Below are positions 26,982-34,364 of a DNA stretch of 36,470 nt, in pieces; position 1 is the stretch's first letter; each line of letters starts with the position of its first letter. The notes beneath the pieces are model-generated. The model saw nothing but the letters and a program-made list of their open reading frames with translations, was not told the DNA's origin and made no database searches. Both the position numbers and the translations under genes were made by a program. This DNA is from a virus, in IMG/VR virus record IMGVR_UViG_3300029868_000028, one strand, 5' to 3'.

Positions 26982-28069
26982 TTTAATTTTCCTTTTTTAT
27001 TGTTTAATTTATTATATAGTGAGCTATCGCTCACTATTACAGAGGCACGACCACCCACAGTGTTGCTCGAGTAAGTACGGTTATTGTACAAATACATAGC
27101 AAAAACACCGGCATTAGAAGAGTTACCCCAATTACCACCGACGAGACAAGCTAGTTCATTCCTAGCATATCTATACACACCAGCCTTAGCAAATCTTTCA
27201 TTACTATTATCACTAAGTGCTTTTGTTCTAGGAATACCCATACATGTTTTTATATAATCTTTAGAGTAAATATCATCACTCATTTTAAAAGCTGTAGTTT
27301 CATCGCTGGTATACTTCCAACCACCATCACCAATAAACTTAGTCAAGTCTAAATTATCATAAAAAGTTTCATTATATGCCTCAGTATCACTTTCAAGTTC
27401 AGCAGCTGCTGAATTAAACTTAAGCACTTTAAAAATTCCATCTTCATCATTTAGTTTAGTTAGTCCAGCTGCAACTTCATATCTTGATGGGTCAATGTTT
27501 TTTACACCACATTCTTGATTGTTATGAAACTTCATTTGTTCTAACTTATTTCCATTATTTGCATAAGCCAACATTCCTAAAGCATTCCAAATAAATAGAG
27601 TTGTTAAAAAATGCTTATCACCTCTTGTTTTAACCGCTTTATACAGTCCACCAAGGTTAGAGTTAGGATTGTTACTTAAATGCGAAATAGAGTCATTCCC
27701 ATAAGTACTACAAGGTTTTAAATCTTCTTTACTTGTAAACTTACCATCCACATTACCACATTCATATTTATCTATGAAAAAACCATCTTGTTCAGCACCA
27801 CCATCTATAAAAGCACGGTGTAAAACATAACCATCTTTTTCAACTGCTGAAATCTTACATTTGTTCTTTTTAGTCCACTTAAAATAAAACCTAGGTATCC
27901 ATACCATCACTGAACCATTATCATCTAAAACATTTCCATAGTTGGAATGTTCCGGGTTATCGTGACCATCTAATTTACTCCAACCTTTTGGAACTTGTTT
28001 ATCTTCAATGGCTGCTACACCAAAACCTACTTCACCAGCTACACCAATTAAATCTACATTATGTTCCAT
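26972..28069 (-). CDS. DGR target protein 2 (remote): FGE/C-type-lectin-like paralog of 12049..13398 lacking its N-terminal about 50-60 aa
   Basis: It shares blocks GFGVAAI, NYGNVLD.NGS.MVW.P.FYF, GYV.HRAF, GFF.DKY.CGNV.GKF, and GGLY.AVKTRG. Its C-terminus ACLVGGNWGNSSNAGVFAMYLYNNRTYSSNTVGGRAS is VR2. An AGGA RBS lies upstream. Confidence 0.85.
   Translation of the reverse strand: MEHNVDLIGVAGEVGFGVAAIEDKQVPKGWSKLDGHDNPEHSNYGNVLDDNGSVMVWIPRFYFKWTKKNKCKISAVEKDGYVLHRAFIDGGAEQDGFFIDKYECGNVDGKFTSKEDLKPCSTYGNDSISHLSNNPNSNLGGLYKAVKTRGDKHFLTTLFIWNALGMLAYANNGNKLEQMKFHNNQECGVKNIDPSRYEVAAGLTKLNDEDGIFKVLKFNSAAAELESDTEAYNETFYDNLDLTKFIGDGGWKYTSDETTAFKMSDDIYSKDYIKTCMGIPRTKALSDNSNERFAKAGVYRYARNELACLVGGNWGNSSNAGVFAMYLYNNRTYSSNTVGGRASVIVSDSSLYNKLNNKKGKLKCK
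27017..27036 (-). promoter_or_regulatory. Perfect 8-bp stem / 4-nt loop hairpin (TAGTGAGC-GATA-GCTCACTA) 4 nt downstream of VR2
   Basis: Read directly from the sequence. Its position and geometry match the DGR target hairpin/cruciform described for Bordetella phage BPP-1. Confidence 0.7.
27041..27151 (-). repeat. DGR variable region VR2
   Basis: The reverse complement aligns over 111 bp to the TR. There are 8 mismatches, all at TR adenines, plus the same 3' G>C seen in VR1. Confidence 0.85.
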
Positions 28070-28183
28070 CTTATTTTCCTTTTATGCTTACTATCACTTT
28101 GCCTTTTCTCTTTATGGCATTCACTAATCCCTCATCTACTGAGTATTGAAAGATTTTTATTAGATCATCAATACCGACCACTA

Positions 28184-28193
28184 CCCCCCCCCC
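28184..28193 (-). repeat. Homopolymeric G10 tract (C10 on the plus strand) 115-124 nt upstream of the DGR target 2 start codon
   Basis: Read directly. No other G/C homopolymer run of comparable length was seen in the window. Confidence 0.9.
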
Positions 28194-28237
28194 TAAGAAA
28201 CAAGTTATCTATATTTATTCTAATCTCTGTTTTTTCA

Positions 28238-28747
28238 TCATTTACTTGCATGTTGTATTTCCTTTATATTTTTATTTGCTCTAACTACACTTGAATAGTA
28301 AGAAACGGTTACCTCTCTTTGATAAACTATTGCACTACCACACACTCCACATTCAATAGTGCCACTATCAATATATTCCCAATTATCACTAAACTCATTA
28401 GCACAATTAGGACATGTAATCTCATCATTATCATGACTTGTTTCATTGAATGGTGGTTCTTTAATCTCTTCAACTGAAAGAAGATTTAGTTTAAAATCTT
28501 GGTGACATAATTTATAAAATTTATCATCAATTTTAATTATTCCACTTTCAAATTCAACACCATCATCAAGTTCTTTTATTATCTCAAAATCATCAATAGT
28601 CTTACTTACTTTAGCAACTACTGATACATCCCATTTAACTATGTAAAAAGTGCTTTGTTCTTTTACTTCACAATGCTCAGAACACATACCACATAAACCA
28701 GTTTCATCTACAATAGGGTAACTACAACAGTTACTTATTTTTTTCAT
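28238..28747 (-). CDS. Hypothetical zinc-ribbon protein
   Basis: Cys clusters CC..x..CGMCSEHC and CPNC...CGVCG are present. The gene is coupled to parB. Confidence 0.4.
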   Translation of the reverse strand: MKKISNCCSYPIVDETGLCGMCSEHCEVKEQSTFYIVKWDVSVVAKVSKTIDDFEIIKELDDGVEFESGIIKIDDKFYKLCHQDFKLNLLSVEEIKEPPFNETSHDNDEITCPNCANEFSDNWEYIDSGTIECGVCGSAIVYQREVTVSYYSSVVRANKNIKEIQHASK

Positions 28748-29643
28748 TATCCTAACCTCACAAATTCATTATTTATCATCACATAGATATTAAGTTCTTC
28801 TAAGTGGTAATTTCCACCTACTCCACCTAAAACCTCACCAAAATGGTCACTATCTTTTTTTGTTGGTATAGTTACCTCAAAAGGGACCGGCTTACCATCT
28901 TTAGTATGATAAGACTGCTGAGAATAATGCTTTGAAGATTTTTTAATCATTGCATATAGTTGAGTTTCTTTTTTCGCCGGCGAAATTTTTACATCTTTTA
29001 TTACTTTTATAGCTCTGTTATAGTGTCTTATTTCCTCTCTTGTTAAATTTGTTTGATAAGCTTCAAGTTGCTTAGCTTCATCTTTTATATTACTAAGCTC
29101 TTGCAATATCTCTAAACCAATATCTTTTTTATTAGCTTCAATATCAGCTACTATTTCATCACATATTTTTACAGCTTTAAAGACCTTTGATAAATAGCTT
29201 TGTGGTTTACCTATTGCAGCAGCTAATTCTTTTTTAGTTTCATAGTTTTTACTAGCCCAAAGCTGATTTATAAATTTTGCTTTTTCAAAATCTGTTAAAT
29301 CATCCCTTTGGATATTTTCTACAAGTGCTAATTCAAGTACCTTTTTTTCATCGGCTACTATTATGTGAGCTTTGATAGTTTTTAGTTCAAGTGTTTCACA
29401 TGCTCTAAATCTTCTTTCACCGCTGATAATCATGTATTTACTATCAACTTTAACAACTGCTATAGGTTGAATTAAGCCATTAGTAGAAATACTAGCTGCT
29501 AACTCATCAATCTCATTAAAGCTTTTTCTAGGCTGGTTAGGGTTCGGATATACTTTGTGTAGTTCAAGCTCTAAAAATGGACTTACACCAGTAGTTCTAA
29601 CCTTTCCTTTAGTAGCTGAATTAATCGCTGATAAGTTCATCAC
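28747..29643 (-). CDS. parB: ParB-like partition/nuclease-domain protein
   Basis: VYPNPNQPRKSF...LIQPIAVV...YMIISGERRFRA is present. Confidence 0.85.
   Translation of the reverse strand: MMNLSAINSATKGKVRTTGVSPFLELELHKVYPNPNQPRKSFNEIDELAASISTNGLIQPIAVVKVDSKYMIISGERRFRACETLELKTIKAHIIVADEKKVLELALVENIQRDDLTDFEKAKFINQLWASKNYETKKELAAAIGKPQSYLSKVFKAVKICDEIVADIEANKKDIGLEILQELSNIKDEAKQLEAYQTNLTREEIRHYNRAIKVIKDVKISPAKKETQLYAMIKKSSKHYSQQSYHTKDGKPVPFEVTIPTKKDSDHFGEVLGGVGGNYHLEELNIYVMINNEFVRLG
28972..28985. repeat. 14-bp palindrome TTTCGCCGGCGAAA, copy 3 (in parB)
   Basis: Read directly from the sequence. Confidence 0.9.
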
Positions 29644-30232
29644 ATAGCCTTTTAATTTCGCCAGCTGCTACTTTGTCTTTTACATCAAAAACAGATTTAC
29701 CAACACCTAAAGTATCTTTGTAAATTTTTCTATTTCTTATGATAGATTTTTGCAGTTTTATTTGTGGGTTATCACCAATAGCTCCAGTAATCACATCAAA
29801 GTTTTTAGCTAATGGGTGTATGTTGTTCAGTACCACATTAATGAAAGGGTTTTGTATCTCTTGTAGTATCGCTTCAAATGTTTTAAAACCAAGTACCTCA
29901 GTAACACTATTTGCAATAGGTACTACAACTTTATCAGCCCAAGAGATAGCAATACGGTTAATATCATTATCAAAACCACCTACATCAACTATAAGGTATC
30001 CATCATAGTTTTCAAATAGTTCTATAAGTTCATCACCGCTTTGTGGTTGAACTACATCTAAACTATCAAGCTTTGTTTCTACTCTTATATGGTTGATAAA
30101 AAAAAGTGTTTGTTGAAAATCTAAATCAACTATAGTTACTTTTTTACCATCGGCTTTTAAAGAGTTAGCCAAGTTCCAAGCAAGGGTAGATTTACCAGTG
30201 CCACCTTTTGAATGTGCTACTGTAATAATCAT
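29621..30232 (-). CDS. parA: ParA-like partition ATPase (small, no N-terminal HTH)
   Basis: It has the deviant Walker A motif HSKGGTGKST, is 203 aa long, and overlaps parB. Confidence 0.85.
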   Translation of the reverse strand: MIITVAHSKGGTGKSTLAWNLANSLKADGKKVTIVDLDFQQTLFFINHIRVETKLDSLDVVQPQSGDELIELFENYDGYLIVDVGGFDNDINRIAISWADKVVVPIANSVTEVLGFKTFEAILQEIQNPFINVVLNNIHPLAKNFDVITGAIGDNPQIKLQKSIIRNRKIYKDTLGVGKSVFDVKDKVAAGEIKRLCDELISD

Positions 30233-30358
30233 AGTACCACCTCAGATAATCTATAAATTAGTTCTTCAAAACTAACAAATATGCCTTTTATATTTTCTAA
30301 CATCCCAGTTCCTTTTTATCTATCTAGTTATAAATCTTTATAACCTTTTAGATATTGT

Positions 30359-30430
30359 TATATCATAATCATACAGATTGAATGATTAAGAATAACTTAA
30401 AAACCATTCATACTGTATGATTATGATATA
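30359..30430. promoter_or_regulatory. Perfect 18-bp inverted repeat (TATATCATAATCATACAG / CTGTATGATTATGATATA) with a 36-bp partly palindromic spacer, between parA and 30452
   Basis: Read directly. The arms carry TGnTATAAT-like extended -10 elements facing outward (TGATATAAT at 30424..32). Confidence 0.6.
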
Positions 30431-30451
30431 ATTTTATAAAAAAGGGATGTA

Positions 30452-30760
30452 ATGAGTAAAGATTTTTTTAATATTATGGATGTAATGAGTGATGATGAGA
30501 TAGAAACTAAATTTTTACAATATGATAATGAAAATATAATATCTCACTATGTTGTTTCTTTACATGGTAAAGAAGCAGCTGTTGAACTTGTAGAGTGGGA
30601 TATGATTTATGGTGTCTTATCTAGTGATAAAAAAGAAGATAAAAATTCTGAGTGCTTAAAGGAAATTTTTAGAAGATATAGTATTAAATGGGAAGAGATA
30701 GATACTACATCTAGTGAGTTGAGTGATAACGGTGATGGTACTTTTACTTGGAATGGTTAA
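30452..30760 (+). CDS. Small acidic hypothetical protein
   Basis: The ORF lies behind an extended -10 promoter. No family was recognised. Confidence 0.35.
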   Translation: MSKDFFNIMDVMSDDEIETKFLQYDNENIISHYVVSLHGKEAAVELVEWDMIYGVLSSDKKEDKNSECLKEIFRRYSIKWEEIDTTSSELSDNGDGTFTWNG

Positions 30761-30772
30761 ATTTTAATTACA

Positions 30773-31381
30773 CTAAATAAATTTAATAAAATGCTCTTCA
30801 GTAATTATCTTAATACCAGTTTTTTTAGTATCTCTTAATTCAGCAGCTTTTTCTATTTTTCTTCCATAAGATGAGTGTATCCAGTCTTCATTTCCTAAAA
30901 TTCCTATTACTAAATAATCAGTGTCTAGTGTTGGGGCTTTTTTTGTAGTTCCGCCAAGTTCTTTAATAAGTTTTTCACATTGACCTCTAGTACCTATAGT
31001 AAATGCTCCGGTTAAGCAAAAAACCTCACCTATTATTTTAACATCTGGTAGTGGTTCGCTTAATGGAAGTGATGAACTCATACTTTTTATTTGTTCAGCT
31101 ATTGGTTTTTCACCAGTAAAGCTTTGTAATAATTCTTTTATCTCTATAGCTTCATCTTCATCTAAAATATTATCATCTAATACTTTTTTCAATCTATCAT
31201 ATATGGTATTAAATGGATATTCTTGTAAATCTTTTTTATTAAAATGATTTTCAATCCACTGTAATAAAAACTTAGCCTCATCTTCATTGATATTACCATC
31301 TGCTAATAAACCTCTACTAATTCCTATTAATTCATCAATATTTCTATCTCTTATCTCACTATTCCTATAACCTAAAGCCAT
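30773..31381 (-). CDS. BRCT-domain protein (C-terminal BRCT, helical N-terminal domain)
   Basis: The C-terminus GEVFCLTGAFTIGTRGQCEKLIKELGGTTKKAPTLDTDYLVIG...KIEKAAEL...IKIITEEHF matches the LigA-type BRCT pattern. Confidence 0.6.
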   Translation of the reverse strand: MALGYRNSEIRDRNIDELIGISRGLLADGNINEDEAKFLLQWIENHFNKKDLQEYPFNTIYDRLKKVLDDNILDEDEAIEIKELLQSFTGEKPIAEQIKSMSSSLPLSEPLPDVKIIGEVFCLTGAFTIGTRGQCEKLIKELGGTTKKAPTLDTDYLVIGILGNEDWIHSSYGRKIEKAAELRDTKKTGIKIITEEHFIKFI

Positions 31382-31383
31382 AT

Positions 31384-32124
31384 TTATCCTTTTAAAATTC
31401 TACCAACAACCTTACCTATTATGTTTAAATATTCTTGGCTGCCTTTGTCTATCTCTTCATCATAACCATCTTTTGTATGGTAACTTGGGTTCTCACTTAT
31501 AATTCTGATATTTCCATTTAACATGAACTTAATGTTTTTAACTTGTTCACCTTGGCTTGTACTTATAATGTATTTTCCATCACCATAGATACTTTCACCG
31601 TTATTAAGCTTATGAAACAGTACAAGGTCATTATCATTAACATATGGTGTCATACTATCACCGGCTACTCTAATTGCTTGTAGCTCTTTATTTCTATATG
31701 CTTTATCTATGGTGTGAATATCCACATATACACTATCTACTATTTCGTTTGACTCATTAGAACCAAAACTACCAGCACCTACAAGTCCATTTATTAAAGA
31801 GATCTTTTTTAAACTAGATGGAATTGTACATTTTGGTAAATAAACTTCATACTCTTCTATATTATCTTGAAGCTCAGCTTTTATTATTTTCTTTTTTTCT
31901 TCTAATGAATATGGCAAAAGGTCAATTACAGATACACCTAAAATATCAGCTATTTCATATATTTTTAAAATATCGTTTGGAAACCTATTACCATTTTTAT
32001 AATTATAAATAGCACCTGAAGTCACACCTAACTTTTTTGATAATGCTTCACCAGTTATTTTATTTTTTTTCATATAAAACTTTAACTTTGCAGAAAAAAC
32101 ATTTGGTATATCTTCTTTATCCAT
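31384..32124 (-). CDS. CI/LexA-like repressor (XRE HTH plus S24 peptidase domain)
   Basis: The N-terminus has ITGEALSKKLGVTSGAIYNYKNG and the C-terminus has RVAGDSMTPYVNDNDLVLF...GKVVG. Confidence 0.8.
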   Translation of the reverse strand: MDKEDIPNVFSAKLKFYMKKNKITGEALSKKLGVTSGAIYNYKNGNRFPNDILKIYEIADILGVSVIDLLPYSLEEKKKIIKAELQDNIEEYEVYLPKCTIPSSLKKISLINGLVGAGSFGSNESNEIVDSVYVDIHTIDKAYRNKELQAIRVAGDSMTPYVNDNDLVLFHKLNNGESIYGDGKYIISTSQGEQVKNIKFMLNGNIRIISENPSYHTKDGYDEEIDKGSQEYLNIIGKVVGRILKG

Positions 32125-32171
32125 TATGTGAAAACCCCTTTACATTCAAATTGTATCAAATATACTCAAAC

Positions 32172-32219
32172 GAATTGAATGGTTTTTAAGTTCTTATTAA
32201 CCATTCATTCTGTATGATT
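32172..32219. promoter_or_regulatory. Operator-like element in the cI / cro-like intergenic region, similar to 30376..30425
   Basis: By eye, about 38 of 52 positions are identical. The flanks ATTGAATG and AACCATTCATnCTGTATGATT are conserved, and there is an internal 8-bp dyad GAATGGTT/AACCATTC. Confidence 0.5.
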
Positions 32220-32224
32220 TTGTT

Positions 32225-32449
32225 ATGAAACGAAAAAACCTTAAAAAACTACTACTAAAATCATATACAGTTGCTGGTGCTGATTTAATCTTAAGAGGTG
32301 ATAGAAAGCCTCGGTATGAAATCATGGTTGAACTAGCTAAAAAGAATAAAATTCCTTTTGGTATTTGGCTTGATATTAAATCTTATTTAAAGAATGATAC
32401 AAAAGATTGTGGTGTTGAGTCTAATACAAAACAAGATACAAGGGTATAA
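32225..32449 (+). CDS. Cro-like small regulator (assigned by position; the start is uncertain and no clear RBS is present)
   Basis: It is divergent from the repressor and 74 aa long. Confidence 0.35.
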   Translation: MKRKNLKKLLLKSYTVAGADLILRGDRKPRYEIMVELAKKNKIPFGIWLDIKSYLKNDTKDCGVESNTKQDTRV

Positions 32450-32451
32450 AC

Positions 32452-32946
32452 ATGAGCGATTACACACAAAATAAAGCTCCTAAAGATAGTGGGCTTTGTA
32501 AGGTACTTAAAAGAGCTATGAACCTTGATAGAAAAAGACAAGGTTATGAGTGGAGTGATATAGCTGCTGAACTTGGTTTAAATGGTGGTACTCTTGAAAA
32601 CAAACTAAAACCATCTATGGCTACAAGTGATTTAACTGTTACTGAACTAATGCACTTTATAGAACTTAGTGGTGACTACTCAGCACTTGAATATATAGCT
32701 AATAAGTATGACATGGTACTGATAACTAAAAAGCAAGCTACTGCAAATATATCTGATATTAATCTTTTAGTAGATAAAGCAAACATTGAAAATAGTGATG
32801 TTTTTAGAGTTGTTAAAAAAGCCATTGAGGATGGTGTTATTGATGAGTTGGAACAAGAAAGTATTTTAAAAGAGATTGATGAAGCACAAACAGCTAATGC
32901 TGAACTTAAAAACTTAGTATTACACACTGCAATAGGTAAAAAGTAA
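32452..32946 (+). CDS. CII-like regulatory protein
   Basis: The call rests on its position after the cro-like gene and on an HTH-like SDIAAELGLNGGTLENKLKP. Confidence 0.35.
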   Translation: MSDYTQNKAPKDSGLCKVLKRAMNLDRKRQGYEWSDIAAELGLNGGTLENKLKPSMATSDLTVTELMHFIELSGDYSALEYIANKYDMVLITKKQATANISDINLLVDKANIENSDVFRVVKKAIEDGVIDELEQESILKEIDEAQTANAELKNLVLHTAIGKK

Positions 32947-32956
32947 TAGTTTCTTT

Positions 32957-32980
32957 GAAGCCCTTTTTAAAAGGGTTTTG
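32957..32980 (+). terminator. Rho-independent terminator-like hairpin (CCCTTTT/AAAAGGG followed by TTTT)
   Basis: Read directly, 11 nt after the stop codon of 32452..32946. Confidence 0.5.
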
Positions 32981-33141
32981 AAGAGGCTATGAGGGTTAAG
33001 GAACTGGAATTCAAGACCCTCATAGTTTCACAACATATTTAAAAATACATCCAAATATGAGCCGGTAATTATACCCAGTTCTTACTGGCTCTTAATTTAA
33101 AAGTTTAGAGGGTTCATATTTGGATGAACTGGGAGTAATAT

Positions 33142-33504
33142 ATGAGAGTACCAACAAAGCAAGAACAACCTACATTTAAAGCTGCTTTTAACTGCATTTG
33201 TAGAGTTGCAGCTGCACTACATTCTACAAGTAATATTCATGAAATTAAAATATCAAATGGTAGAGAACTAAACTCTTTACCAATAAAGTTAGTTAATCTT
33301 TTTATTGATAATGGAACTTCTAAAATGCAAAATGACTATAGCATGTTAAATGAAGAAAAAACACTACATGAATTTACACAATACATCTTCAGTAATCGCC
33401 TACAGCCAAAAGATTATATCTTTCAAGGTTTAATATCAATTCATAAAACAACTGTTAAAGAACACACTTATGAATACACTGATGATAGTAGGTATTCATC
33501 ATGA
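33142..33504 (+). CDS. Hypothetical early protein
   Basis: The ORF has a GGGAG RBS. No family was recognised. Confidence 0.35.
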   Translation: MRVPTKQEQPTFKAAFNCICRVAAALHSTSNIHEIKISNGRELNSLPIKLVNLFIDNGTSKMQNDYSMLNEEKTLHEFTQYIFSNRLQPKDYIFQGLISIHKTTVKEHTYEYTDDSRYSS

Positions 33505-34364
33505 AGTACACATTAATTATCAATCAAAAACAAGCTTTAGAACTTGGTATGAAAAATGTAAATCAAGTAATTATACTTGGATTAATTGCTGATAGTCACT
33601 CTTGGGCTGAGCCTGAGATTATTGATAGTCAAGTTTATTACTGGACTGCTAGACAAAAAATATCAGATGAATTACCACTACTAAATTTAAAATCTGATAG
33701 TGTTTATAGGCACTTAAAAACCTTAGCAGTTTTAGAGCTTATTGACTATAGAAAAGTAGGTAAAAAAGATTGTGTAAGACTTACTAAAAAAGGTAAAAGT
33801 TACTATGTCGGAAATAAATCCGAATTTGATAATAACTCGGAAATAAATCCGAATGAACTCGGAAATAAATCCGAAAAAAACTCGGAAATAAATCCGACAT
33901 ATAAGAATACTAATTCTATAAGAGTTACAAAAGAAATAAAAGAAGAAGAAAGATATACAAAAGACTTTTCTGAAATTTTAAATATTTGGAATGAAGTAGC
34001 AGCTACTTCAAATCTAAATAAAGTTTCTAAACTTACCACTAAAAGAAGAAATAAAATAATTACTAGACTAAATGAAAATGAAAACTTTTTAGAAGATTTT
34101 AAAGCAGCTATAGAAAATATTAAACTCAGTAACTTTTTGCAAGGTAAAAATAATCGTAACTGGAAGATTGATTTTGATTGGTTAATTACAAATGATACAA
34201 ACTTTGTAAAAGTCTTAGAGGGAAAATATACTGATAATGCTGCACCAGATAAGCAAACAGACTTTAGTCAATTTGGAACTGTACCTAAAAGTGCTTTTGC
34301 AGTTGATGATTTTATTGATACTGAACCAATACCACAAATAACCACAGGAGCTACACATGAATAG
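33501..34364 (+). CDS. Replication initiator (lambda O-like organisation: N-terminal wHTH-like domain with the origin iterons inside the gene)
   Basis: Four iterons lie in the linker region of the gene. A conserved C-terminal block NWKIDFDWLITNDTNFVKVLEGKY is present. Confidence 0.55.
   Translation: MKYTLIINQKQALELGMKNVNQVIILGLIADSHSWAEPEIIDSQVYYWTARQKISDELPLLNLKSDSVYRHLKTLAVLELIDYRKVGKKDCVRLTKKGKSYYVGNKSEFDNNSEINPNELGNKSEKNSEINPTYKNTNSIRVTKEIKEEERYTKDFSEILNIWNEVAATSNLNKVSKLTTKRRNKIITRLNENENFLEDFKAAIENIKLSNFLQGKNNRNWKIDFDWLITNDTNFVKVLEGKYTDNAAPDKQTDFSQFGTVPKSAFAVDDFIDTEPIPQITTGATHE
33808..33897. repeat. Four 16-bp iterons TCGGAAATAAATCCGA (33808, 33837, 33859, 33882), each with TCGGA/TCCGA dyad ends, followed by an A-rich stretch
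   Basis: Read directly. All four copies are exact. Confidence 0.85.

Noticed and set aside
28061-28294. 77-aa hydrophobic plus-strand ORF containing the C10 tract (read as PPP)
   Set aside because: It overlaps the start of target 2 and the end of the zinc-ribbon gene on the opposite strand, and it has no RBS. It is kept only as an alternative explanation in the poly-G finding.
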